Source: Histomonas meleagridis 2922-C6/04-290x
Taxonomy: Eukaryota; Protista; Parabasalia
Direction: 5' to 3'
Length of the DNA stretch: 64,000 nt
NCBI GenBank assembly: GCA_020184695.1
Contig: JAANOX010000061.1
Location: 62,001 to 126,000, forward strand
Part shown: positions 1-10,262 of the stretch, piece after piece
Layout of the letters: every line of letters starts with the position of its first letter
Numbering within the stretch: the stretch's first letter is position 1
The notes under the pieces: model-generated
Told to the model about the DNA's origin: nothing
What the model saw: only the letters and a program-made list of their open reading frames with translations
Databases searched by the model: none
Made by a program: the position numbers and the translations under genes

Positions 1-98
1 ATCAACCTTCCCATCCCTATAACAGCTGGCGCGGAAACATACCAAGCACACAAAATCCATATTCAAAATACACCACGTTCTCATCAAATTATCATAGC

Positions 99-3000
99 AT
101 GGTCACCAAAAAATATACAAACCAAGTAACACCACAAAAGCGGCTACCCAAAGATGTTCATCCCGGTGTTGAAATCAAAAAGCAAACTACTCATTCAACC
201 AAAGCACCAATTGTTGATAAGTATAATCAACGTGAATCTGTCTTAGAAGCCTTTCTCACCAATGCTACCACAATGCCTCTACACTCAGCTGTCGAAGAGA
301 TCATGACCATTTCATTAAAAGCGCAAAATGTAATAATGTGGCAAGATGTCCCATCATTACATGCGTTATATTCCGAGAAAATCAAGAAGTCCATTGACCA
401 TTCAGTCGGCCTTGTCGGGTACACCTTCTTTCGTCGCGAGATTGTGAAGATTCCAAATGTCACAGAACATCAAGCGTACAGCCCGGAGATCGACGGCGAA
501 ATCGTTCCAAACAACAGCTCAGTCATCATCTTCCCGCTGTGGGACCTCAATAACAATGTGTGTGCTGTTGTTGAAGTTATTCGTGATTCAAAGAATCCAT
601 TTTTCGATAACGACGACGAAGAATTCATAGAATATTTCATTAGAAAATATAAGTTTTATTGTACATGGCTTAGGAAACAACCTCATCCTCATCAACAATG
701 TCTTGAGTTAATGCAACTTATGGAAGTTGAACAATTCTTAATTTTACTCCAAAGAAAAATTTCAGAACTTTACAACTGCAGAGTATGTGAAATTTGGAAA
801 TATGATAAAACGAATGGAGAACTCCAACAATACAAAAGATCGAAGATATCAATCGATATTAACCATTCTGGGATTGTCGGCGAAGCGATTTTAAATGAGA
901 TACAGATCAATTGTATGGTCAATAAATTACAAAGTTCATATTGCGAAGAAGTGGATGGATCTGAAGCAGAATCAGTGCTTGCAGTCCCAGTCGTAGACCC
1001 AAAACAAAACACACGGTACGTCGTATGTGTTCGTGGAAGAAAAGATCTTCCAATGTTTACCATGGATGATGAAGTTAGCCTTAAGGACCTTGCGCCATAT
1101 ATAATCCTTGCGCTTGATAACAACGAAAGATATTCACAATCTGGATCAGGTGATCAACGAAATGAAAATGAACATCAATGCGTTAAAGATCTGACTGATA
1201 TCATCGAAATGCTTAATGACGAGTCAACTATTGATGACATTGTTCAGAAATCAGTTGAAAGTTCTCGTCGAATCACAAATTCAGAACGTTCATATATGTA
1301 TATTCTTGACAAACAAAAACAAGTTCTTACACCAATCGTTGCACCGAACTTACGTAATGTTGAACCATTTCCAATTACTACAAATAATACTATTACTCAA
1401 ACATATAAAAGTGGCGAAGTTACAAACGTTTCTGACGTATACGAGGAACTTCACTTTGACAAGTCAAGTGAAATCGAGAATGGCTTCAAGACAAAATCGT
1501 TATTATCAATTCCCATCAAAAACGCACGTAAAGAAGTCATTGGCGTTGTTGAATTCCATAACAAACATGACGGGAAACCGTTTTCATCGACTGATATTAA
1601 TTACGTTAACTTATTGATGTATTTCTGTGGATTATATATTGATAATCAAACTACGTATGAAAAGTCCGCAAAGAAAACACAACAATATGATTCATTATTA
1701 CAAACATCGACTATGTTAACATCGAGTGATAACATTAAGACATTATTAACTAACTTATTACAAATCATCAAACAAGTTATTGACTCTGATTGTGGCTCAA
1801 TCTTTTTAGTTGATGATGCACTTAGTTCATTAACATCATATATTGTTGACGGCGCTAATTTACCACCAACAATACCAATATCAAATGGAATTGCAGCTAC
1901 AACAGTTAAAACTAAAGAAGCGCTAATGATTAATGATGCATATCATGATCCACGATTTAATAAATTCATTGATTATACAACTGGTTATAAGACTAAATCA
2001 TTACTTACAGTACCATTAACATCTACAACAGGTACAGTCTATGGAGCAATTGAATTAGTTAATAAGAATAATGGCGACTTTACACAAGATGACTTTAAGT
2101 TATTAAAAACATTTGGAATATTCGCATCAGTTATCATGGAGAAAAGTCGTCTATTAGAGATCTCTGAATATGGATCAGTTATAGTCGAAATGAATAAATG
2201 GATTGGCGAAGCAGAGAAGAAATCTTATCAACAGCCACAGAAACTTACATTTCCAGAAGATAAACGTGAGGATATCTTTAAGCTTAATTTCTTTTGTATT
2301 GATTATAATGGCATTGGGTTATTTAAAGTTGCGTATACAGTTTTTGATGAATTTTCATTATTAGAAAAGTTCAAAATCACCAATGAATTATTCTTTAACT
2401 TCTTATATAAATTACGTGAAACTTATAATGAACCACCATATCATAATTGGATTCATGCAATTGATGTATTACAATATTTTGCATATCAAATTAAAATTAC
2501 GAAACTTAATAACATATTAAATTCATTGGAATTATTAGCAATATGTGTTGCTTCTATATGTCATGATGTAGGTCATATGGGATTTAATAATGCATATAAT
2601 ATTAACGCTGAAACACCATTAGGTATCTTATATAAAGATCAAAGTGTTATGGAAATGCATCATTGTGATATGGCAATACATATTATATCAAAAGATACTT
2701 GTAATATATTCTATTCAATATCTGAAAATGATAAAACTAAATTATGGAAATGGATAATTACAATGATATTGGCAACTGATATGGCTCATCACTTTAAGTT
2801 ATTGAAAAATGCAAATGATATTATGGATCAAGGACCTATAAACTTGGCTAATGAATCACATCGTATTATGGCTATGACAATGTTAATGAAAGTCGCAGAT
2901 ATATCAAACGTTTCAAGACCTTTCCCAATAGCTGATAAATGGTGCGACGTCTTATCAGAAGAATTTTGGAGACAAGGTGATTGCGAATTAGCACATGGAT

Positions 3001-3224
3001 TAGAAATTTCTTCAAATTTAAATGATAGAAATAATAAGCAAAAGGCAAAGGGTCAAATTGGTTTCTATACATTCGTATGTATTCCTTTGTATCAGGCAAT
3101 GGCAAGGATATTCCCTGAATTGGAATGTAACGTGGATTCCGTAAAGTCAAATTTGGAGGTATGGAAAAAGTTACAGGCTGAGGAAGACGAAAAGAATAAT
3201 GTTCAAAATCAGCAGAAAAATTGA
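99..3224 (+). CDS. GAF-domain class I cyclic nucleotide phosphodiesterase
   Basis: C-terminal PDEase_I motifs PPYHNWIHAIDV, CHDVGHMGFNN, ATDMAHH and KVADISN. N-terminal GAF-like segments, e.g. KTKSLLSIPI...VVEFHNK and KTKSLLTVPL...IELVNK. Confidence 0.95.
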   Translation: MVTKKYTNQVTPQKRLPKDVHPGVEIKKQTTHSTKAPIVDKYNQRESVLEAFLTNATTMPLHSAVEEIMTISLKAQNVIMWQDVPSLHALYSEKIKKSIDHSVGLVGYTFFRREIVKIPNVTEHQAYSPEIDGEIVPNNSSVIIFPLWDLNNNVCAVVEVIRDSKNPFFDNDDEEFIEYFIRKYKFYCTWLRKQPHPHQQCLELMQLMEVEQFLILLQRKISELYNCRVCEIWKYDKTNGELQQYKRSKISIDINHSGIVGEAILNEIQINCMVNKLQSSYCEEVDGSEAESVLAVPVVDPKQNTRYVVCVRGRKDLPMFTMDDEVSLKDLAPYIILALDNNERYSQSGSGDQRNENEHQCVKDLTDIIEMLNDESTIDDIVQKSVESSRRITNSERSYMYILDKQKQVLTPIVAPNLRNVEPFPITTNNTITQTYKSGEVTNVSDVYEELHFDKSSEIENGFKTKSLLSIPIKNARKEVIGVVEFHNKHDGKPFSSTDINYVNLLMYFCGLYIDNQTTYEKSAKKTQQYDSLLQTSTMLTSSDNIKTLLTNLLQIIKQVIDSDCGSIFLVDDALSSLTSYIVDGANLPPTIPISNGIAATTVKTKEALMINDAYHDPRFNKFIDYTTGYKTKSLLTVPLTSTTGTVYGAIELVNKNNGDFTQDDFKLLKTFGIFASVIMEKSRLLEISEYGSVIVEMNKWIGEAEKKSYQQPQKLTFPEDKREDIFKLNFFCIDYNGIGLFKVAYTVFDEFSLLEKFKITNELFFNFLYKLRETYNEPPYHNWIHAIDVLQYFAYQIKITKLNNILNSLELLAICVASICHDVGHMGFNNAYNINAETPLGILYKDQSVMEMHHCDMAIHIISKDTCNIFYSISENDKTKLWKWIITMILATDMAHHFKLLKNANDIMDQGPINLANESHRIMAMTMLMKVADISNVSRPFPIADKWCDVLSEEFWRQGDCELAHGLEISSNLNDRNNKQKAKGQIGFYTFVCIPLYQAMARIFPELECNVDSVKSNLEVWKKLQAEEDEKNNVQNQQKN

Positions 3225-3779
3225 GTTTTGTGAATAAAGGCTAAAATTTCTTATGTGAATCGAATGCGTTTTAAGGAAAGAAATACAACAAAAAATTATT
3301 TGATTGAAACATCAAATTTGATGCCGTCGGCCGATAGAAGATTTGATGTAGCCGATAGATAAATTTGACAGATGAATTAAAAAGTGACTGTTTTACTTGT
3401 GTTTGCTTTGAGCCGGCTGTGCGTTTTTAAAAAGATATTTTGTTCTTTCTTTATTCGATAACATTATCTTTGGCTTTGTTAAAAAATTTATAGAAGCTTA
3501 ATTCTTTAATTTTATTGCCTTACATATGTACAACGTCAAATCGATTTCAATTCCAAGTAATGTGATAACAGTGTATTTTTAAATATGAAGAAAAAATAAA
3601 AGAAAAAATCCAATAATTCTTTTATTGATTGTGTTATGATAATTTTTGTTTGGAATTGCTTGAACAGCAAATTGTACAACAAAACTAAACTATTCTCATG
3701 CCGAATTATTTACAAATCATTTTGCGAAAAAAAATTAGTTTTAAGGTGATGTTTACCTTCATTCAGAAGAAAAAACTAT

Positions 3780-4727
3780 TTAATCGAAAAGATCATCGAA
3801 ACCACCAGCTAATTCGACAACTTCTTCCTCTTCTTTCTTCTCTTCCTTCTTTTCTTCTCCAGCTGGAGCAGATGCAGCAGCTGCAGCTTGCATCTTAGCA
3901 AGTGCTTCTGGATCGGAAAGAAGTGCTTGGATATCTGCGATTTGTTTCATTTGGTAGTCAATAGCAACTGCAATTGAAGCAATGTCCTTGAATGCTGAGC
4001 CAACCATATGTGGAGCAGATGCAGCATTGACATAGCCAATACCGATGGAAAGGCCAGCAACGTTTTTGAGGGCTGTAGCGAACTTTCCAGAAAGAACTTC
4101 ATCGGAAATTTCAAGGATGCTTGGTTCATAAAGATTTCCGTTATCGTAAAGCTTGACGAGCTTAAGTGTGTACTTGAATGGCATGATGTTAAGGAGACCG
4201 AGTAAGTTAGCTTCTGAGGCACCAACCTTTTCACCTTCTTTGATAAGAAGTTTTTCTGATGTGATTTCGATGGTACCCTTGAAGATCTTGGATTGGATGT
4301 TTAAGGCGTGAAGAACGGAAACTTGTGTTGGTGGAAGGGTTGTACGCATTGGTGGAACAACAACATCACATGGTGAGATAGCACCAACTTTAGCTGGTGA
4401 ACCCTTACAGTGGTTGTCAATAACATCTTTGATCTTTGAGAATGATCCGTTTGTGAAGCAGAAGCCAACACCGTGATAGATAAGTGGTTCAAGAACTTCG
4501 ATGTTTTTAAGTTCGCTCTTAAGTTCTTCAACAACTCTTCTCATGAGTGAGTTCTTACCGAAAACAATTTCAGCAAGACCTTGGAGATCGTGACGAATGC
4601 CAAGAAGTTGTGATGCTGTAACATTCTCAGCTGAAACAAGGGCTAACTTATTGTACTTGTGGAACATTTCCTTGAACTTGGCGCAAAAGTCAAGCTTCTT
4701 TTGTGGGATCTTCTTTTCGTGGTGCAT
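3780..4727 (-). CDS. RPLP0: 60S acidic ribosomal protein P0 (uL10)
   Basis: uL10 motifs GKNSLMRR, SPAKVGAISP and KIFKGTIEI. Ala-rich hinge and acidic tail EEEEVVELAGGFDDLFD. Confidence 0.97.
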   Translation of the reverse strand: MHHEKKIPQKKLDFCAKFKEMFHKYNKLALVSAENVTASQLLGIRHDLQGLAEIVFGKNSLMRRVVEELKSELKNIEVLEPLIYHGVGFCFTNGSFSKIKDVIDNHCKGSPAKVGAISPCDVVVPPMRTTLPPTQVSVLHALNIQSKIFKGTIEITSEKLLIKEGEKVGASEANLLGLLNIMPFKYTLKLVKLYDNGNLYEPSILEISDEVLSGKFATALKNVAGLSIGIGYVNAASAPHMVGSAFKDIASIAVAIDYQMKQIADIQALLSDPEALAKMQAAAAASAPAGEEKKEEKKEEEEVVELAGGFDDLFD

Positions 4728-5004
4728 AACCAGATAAGGACGGCCATGGGCCTCTCAATTTGCGACGGTTGGAATTGGCAAATAAAAATTGGGCCACCCC
4801 AAATATTTCCTGATGAAAAATTCATAAAATTAAAATTAAGGATATAAAATAAAAATATTTGATGTTTACCAAAATTAATATTTAAAAAAAATTCATGTAA
4901 ATATATATCACAAAAATGAATTATGAAATACATGACATTCATTATTTTTTTTTTGAAATTTATTCCTGAACTAAATAAAAAAACATGTGCCTGCTTGTGA
5001 AAAA

Positions 5005-5409
5005 TTATGTTTCACCGATGTTGTTCATCATAAATTTTGAAACACGATGGAGACTTTGAAGACATTTTTTTGGTTCAACACTTCCATCAAAATAACCTAA
5101 AAGAAAGCATGTTTTGCATTTTAGAATAATTATCCCAAATTCAAAATTTCTTCCGACTATCTGAGTTTCATCTGCATATACAACTAAATACCTATGCTGA
5201 CCAAATCTAAATTTCATCTTCATTGTTTCTGAAGGATTGTTATTAAAAAAACCAGAAAATTTTTGACAATCTTCGGATGTAATTGTCCATCCATCAGAAG
5301 CTGAATATATTTCACCTTCTGAAGTAAAAATTGCTCCATGTGTACAGTGTGGTTGTAGTAGATCGATGTAATCTCTATAAGTTATGGAAAAATTCATTTT
5401 TTGCATCAT
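5005..5409 (-). CDS. Profilin-like protein
   Basis: 134 aa with profilin-like pattern HGAIFTSEGEIYSAS...FRFGQHRYLVV...GIIILKCKTCFLLGYF. Confidence 0.75.
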   Translation of the reverse strand: MMQKMNFSITYRDYIDLLQPHCTHGAIFTSEGEIYSASDGWTITSEDCQKFSGFFNNNPSETMKMKFRFGQHRYLVVYADETQIVGRNFEFGIIILKCKTCFLLGYFDGSVEPKKCLQSLHRVSKFMMNNIGET

Positions 5410-5617
5410 TTTCTTTCATGGCAAAATACGTTAGAAATTTCAATGTTAAATACAAAAAGTGACAAATAAAATTTTAATTAGTTTACATCATACAAAATAT
5501 TTACAAAAGCATATTTGGAGATATCCATAATCTTTTAGCTTTTTAATGCAAATATTAAGTCACATCGCCCAACAAATCTTTCTGGTGAAAACAATTTTTG
5601 TAGGGGATTTAATTAAA

Positions 5618-6211
5618 TTAACAACAAAATCTTGTTTGGTTTTCATTGGAATTGGCAATATTAACACCATTTTTATGCTCTACATCACCCTCTGTTTCAC
5701 TCTCTATTAGTGCTGTTTTTGCAATTGTATAAAATAAATCTTTGATTCCGCTTCCTGTTTTTGCTGAAACAAACATAACATCTTGATATTTATCTGTTAG
5801 TTCTCCTCTGATTTCGTCAACAATATTTATGTTATCTTGAAGATCTATTTTGTTAATTACAACTATAAATTTACACATTTCTGTCTTATTTAATAGATCT
5901 ATCCATTTATCAATATTTGCAATTGAAAGGTGATCAACAATTGAAGCAACGATGACAGCAACTTGAGATCCCTTTAGATAAACAGGCATTATTGATTGAT
6001 ATTGTTCTTGTCCAGCAGTATCCCAAATACGCAAACTCACTGTTTGACCATTGATGTTAACATCAGTAATTTCAAAATTTGAACCAACTGTTGGTGCCAT
6101 TTTGTAATTAAATGGCTCTTCAAGGCGACTTTTAATTATTGATGTTTTTCCAACGCCAGCGTCGCCTAAAAATATAATCTTGAAACGTTTCTGTAATGAT
6201 GGATCATTCAT
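5618..6211 (-). CDS. Rab-family small GTPase
   Basis: G1 GDAGVGKT, G3 WDTAGQE, G4 NKID, G5 SAK, and C-terminal CC prenylation motif. Confidence 0.95.
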   Translation of the reverse strand: MNDPSLQKRFKIIFLGDAGVGKTSIIKSRLEEPFNYKMAPTVGSNFEITDVNINGQTVSLRIWDTAGQEQYQSIMPVYLKGSQVAVIVASIVDHLSIANIDKWIDLLNKTEMCKFIVVINKIDLQDNINIVDEIRGELTDKYQDVMFVSAKTGSGIKDLFYTIAKTALIESETEGDVEHKNGVNIANSNENQTRFCC

Positions 6212-6682
6212 TAATAAAAATGTTTATAAATCAATTAATCGGTTTTTGGCAACTTTCGGACGATCAAATCGAATTGAATTTCAGCACAGCTTTGGCTAAA
6301 TAGTGACTTAATTTTTGTGGGAAAAACGATAATGACACTCTTTTGAAGTATGCATAGTCAATACTCAGATTCCACTAGATCTTGATAGGTTTGGGTAAAA
6401 ATGGGAACAACTTAATCAAAATTGAAGTATTTATATTTATTTTAAAAATCAATCTATTTATAATTCTCAAATCCATATCAATTTTCATAATATTATATTA
6501 GCTTATCAGATCAACATTATGTTCATATGCATTGTGTCAGACTTAAATGCTTGTAAATTTTGAAACAAAGAGCCTGAATGGATCATCATTTTTGTTTACA
6601 GTAAACTTTTTCATGAGATGTTAGCGGTTTTATTTGTGGTTAGGCACAAAGCTGGCATATATTTATCGCAGCTCTTTCCTTT

Positions 6683-9121
6683 ATGTCAGCTCCAAGCATT
6701 GAACAAATTCAAGAACTCCTTTATCAATCTTTTACAAGCACAACGAGAGAGTGTGAAGCAATTTTGACTTCATTGTGTCCATTAGAATCGTATCGAGTCA
6801 ATATATTAAATATTGTACATAATCCAGAAACTCCGCTTCCAATTCGTAAAGCATCCATAATACAACTCAAGAAAATAGCAGAAAGCTCTGAAGATGGGTT
6901 TCATTTTGTTCTTAATTCATTTGAATCTTTAAATCAAATTCAAAATGGAGAAATCCAACGATGTATGGAAATAATATCGGAATCCTTAGCATTGCATGGG
7001 TCATTTGAAATATTATTCCAATACATTTCTCATTTATTAACAAATATGTCTTATATTAATCTAAAAATAGTTTTTCTTTTAATAGCATCCATAAGTGTAA
7101 TTCATGAAGACAAGAGAGAATTTTTATGTCAACAATTTCTTGGTCTTCTAATAAATAACATTCAACAAGTTATCATATATATTCAAAAACGAAGTGAAAA
7201 TGAACCTCCGGCCTCAGATGTTTACTTTATTCACTTGTATATTTATTATTTATTTATTTGTTGCAACAAGATCTTTCCTGAAATACCATTTGAAATTCTT
7301 AATGCTATTTTCGAGATTTTATATTATTTCTTACTCAATGACCCAAACACTCCCGGGTTTGATCTTGTATTTCGAATCGCTCGAATTTTATATTATTGCA
7401 TTCCGAACGGTTATGATAAAAACATTGATTTTCATCGATTAGTTCAAACAATGAATGTGTATAAGAATAGCCCTCACTTTACAACTAAAGCATTTCAATA
7501 TTTATTAGAAATTTTAGGATTTGCAATGAAAGAGAAAAACTTTTCACAAGATAATCAACTTCTTCCATGTCTTCCTCTTATACTTAAAGGCTTTATTTTT
7601 GTTTGGTTTAACATTTCACAAAATTTTGATCCTAAGAATCTGGATTTACAAATGTTTTTGGATAGTTATCATCCTGATTTAACATCTCCGACGATTGTTG
7701 CATCGGCGGAAAGGTTTATCAATTCGATGAATTTCGGAGAAAAGACATTTCTTATATATGTTTGCGCATTGGAATTAGCTCAAGCAGACCTTCAGAATCC
7801 AAACAGCTTGACCGTTTATTCCGTTTTCAATTTCCTTGCTCAATTTTTAAGAAACCTGAAATCTGTGGAGGGCCTTTCAATTTTTCACGGATTCATTCAA
7901 AATTATATTGTACCGATAATTCAGAACCCGCCAGACATTGTTTCGCTTGCCGGCGCATTGAATTTTATCAGTTTTTTGAACGAGGGTTATCTCTTTCAAT
8001 TTTCAAATGAATTGAATTTACTTCCAAAATTGTGCGAGTGGATAAAAACTCTTCAATGTGAACTTATTACATATTTTTCGATTATTATATTAGGTACCTT
8101 ATCACCTACTTTAAGTCCACCTGATTTTCAAGTATTAATTCCACTTGCATTTGAATATAATAATAAGTTTAAAACAGATACACTTCCGAGAACATTAAAT
8201 TTAATAATAACAAACTCTGGTGATTCTATTAAACAATATGTTTTTGAGTCACTTAAACAAGTTCTTTTACTCTTCAATGATTTTTTCGAAGAAAATGATC
8301 CGGACAATAGTTCCTTATATGCATACGGAAGCGATTTTCTTGCGTGTGTTCCGAACTTTTTAGAATTAGCCGAAAATAAGATGCCATTAATCGAGCTCAT
8401 CTTTCAATGGCTTCTCGACATAATACAAAACAAGCCAAAGATTATCGAATATTTTTCTGATGAATTCCTCCAAATATTACTTGACACGTCGGAATATTCG
8501 GACGAAAATTATTTCCAAATTATATTTTCGATATCATTCCAAATTTTAGATCATGTCGAAAGTGGAATGGCTGCAATTGGACCTGCTTTAAAAATAATCA
8601 TTAATTATATAATCATTATAAAGCCATTGTTCCCTAATCTGATTACAATTATCAACAAAATGCTCCAAATCCTTATCAAAAAAGAATATGATGAAATTGA
8701 TCCCAATTTTTTGGTTACTATATTCTTTAAATATAAAAATGAAAACGAATGCATCGAATTCGCAAATAATTTGTTGCAACTTCTCAATAAGGAGTTAAAT
8801 GATATGGTTTGCGACGTGGAGGATGTATACGCTGCAATTGTAATATGTTGTCCGCAATTTAATAGAAATGGACAAATGAATATGTTAATACATAAGTCTT
8901 ATAGCTTGTTGGCGATGTGCGCAATCGCAAATTGTTTGGAGGCATTTGGTAATGAGTTAAACGAAAACGAAAAAAGTTTAATGCTGAACGAGTTCAAGGA
9001 GCAATATAATGTATATATGGAAGTGCTGAGAGATGATAACGTAGAGCCACTGTACAGAAATGAAATGTTTCAGAGTGAACTAAATAGATCAATTGACATT
9101 ATGAAGACTTTGTTTAAATAA
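6683..9121 (+). CDS. HEAT/ARM alpha-solenoid protein, possibly importin-beta-like
   Basis: 812-aa Leu/Ile-rich helical ORF. The N-terminus (REcEAiL...PLPIRKASIIQLKK) resembles an importin-beta N-terminal domain. Family assignment is tentative. Confidence 0.5.
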   Translation: MSAPSIEQIQELLYQSFTSTTRECEAILTSLCPLESYRVNILNIVHNPETPLPIRKASIIQLKKIAESSEDGFHFVLNSFESLNQIQNGEIQRCMEIISESLALHGSFEILFQYISHLLTNMSYINLKIVFLLIASISVIHEDKREFLCQQFLGLLINNIQQVIIYIQKRSENEPPASDVYFIHLYIYYLFICCNKIFPEIPFEILNAIFEILYYFLLNDPNTPGFDLVFRIARILYYCIPNGYDKNIDFHRLVQTMNVYKNSPHFTTKAFQYLLEILGFAMKEKNFSQDNQLLPCLPLILKGFIFVWFNISQNFDPKNLDLQMFLDSYHPDLTSPTIVASAERFINSMNFGEKTFLIYVCALELAQADLQNPNSLTVYSVFNFLAQFLRNLKSVEGLSIFHGFIQNYIVPIIQNPPDIVSLAGALNFISFLNEGYLFQFSNELNLLPKLCEWIKTLQCELITYFSIIILGTLSPTLSPPDFQVLIPLAFEYNNKFKTDTLPRTLNLIITNSGDSIKQYVFESLKQVLLLFNDFFEENDPDNSSLYAYGSDFLACVPNFLELAENKMPLIELIFQWLLDIIQNKPKIIEYFSDEFLQILLDTSEYSDENYFQIIFSISFQILDHVESGMAAIGPALKIIINYIIIIKPLFPNLITIINKMLQILIKKEYDEIDPNFLVTIFFKYKNENECIEFANNLLQLLNKELNDMVCDVEDVYAAIVICCPQFNRNGQMNMLIHKSYSLLAMCAIANCLEAFGNELNENEKSLMLNEFKEQYNVYMEVLRDDNVEPLYRNEMFQSELNRSIDIMKTLFK

Positions 9122-10262
9122 ATTATTGTTTGCTTAGTATCGAATTTAAATGGATATTTCTGTTCATCTTCAATATAATACATTGATTTTAAAAACATTT
9201 ATAATATTGTTCAACTTTTCAATTTTTCATGAAAATTTTATTATTTAAAATCATCAAATTTTACATTCTTTGCCCTTCATTACTTTTTGTTACATCCAAC
9301 TCTTTCGTCAGGTTATTTCGCATCGTGTTTTTTGTCGACCAAACTTAGTCAAATATATTTATTGGCCAACTTTGTTTTTGCATTTTTTTCAAAAATGGCC
9401 TAGAGGATTCGATTAATAGTGAAATCAAATAGATAAAATACAAGCTCGAATGAATGCATTAGGGGCCAATAAAAATCTATCACTGAATTTTGTGAAATTT
9501 GATTTTTTTCTATGAAATATCAATTCACAGGCCCCATTCGAACAAACTTCCTTGATTAAAATAATCAACAAGTGAAAAAATCAAGAAAATTCTTTTTAAA
9601 ATTCTTTTTATTATTAAAAAGATCAAATTGATTGAGTCCATTTTTAATTCATATATTTAGAAGTAAAAATGTCTAATTTTTTTTTATTTTGAAAATTGTG
9701 GTTTTGGGTTTTTAATTTTTTTTGAGAATTGCTATTTCGCTGTTTCATTATGTTACACCAATGTCACTTTTACGATAGAGATACGATAGAACTTTTTGAA
9801 CATGTTCTCTCTGAGAAGAAAAATTTTTTGCCGTCGCAAAAAATAGATGTGTTGCGGGTAATGATCAACAGTTATGGTTGAACCACCAAAGCAACAATTA
9901 ATGCAAAGGAGTTCACTCATAAGAACAAATTTTCAAGCAATATTGTTGAGGTGGATGTTCGATCAATTGATCGATTACCAACATCAACCACTAATCAAAT
10001 AAAGCTTGGTGTCAAACAGCACAAACCAAAAATTTTCTACATGTAGAATTTGAGAATATTACACAAAATTGTCAAACGATAGCCTTCCAACTATCATAAC
10101 GGTCGACTTATATGTTTTTGACTGCTTTTCAATCACCTTTGCAACAATTTTTTCTGAGCGTAAAGTATTCAATTGGAAACCGTTTATTTTTGGGAAACGT
10201 TTCATGTTACAACAAAAAAAAATATAATTTCGAACCTCAAATTTTTAACAAAGACATTTACA

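Noticed and set aside
9460-9541. Possible small inverted-repeat element (GGGGCC...GGCCCC)
   Set aside because: The match is only ~6-7 bp, with no target-site duplication and no second copy in the window.
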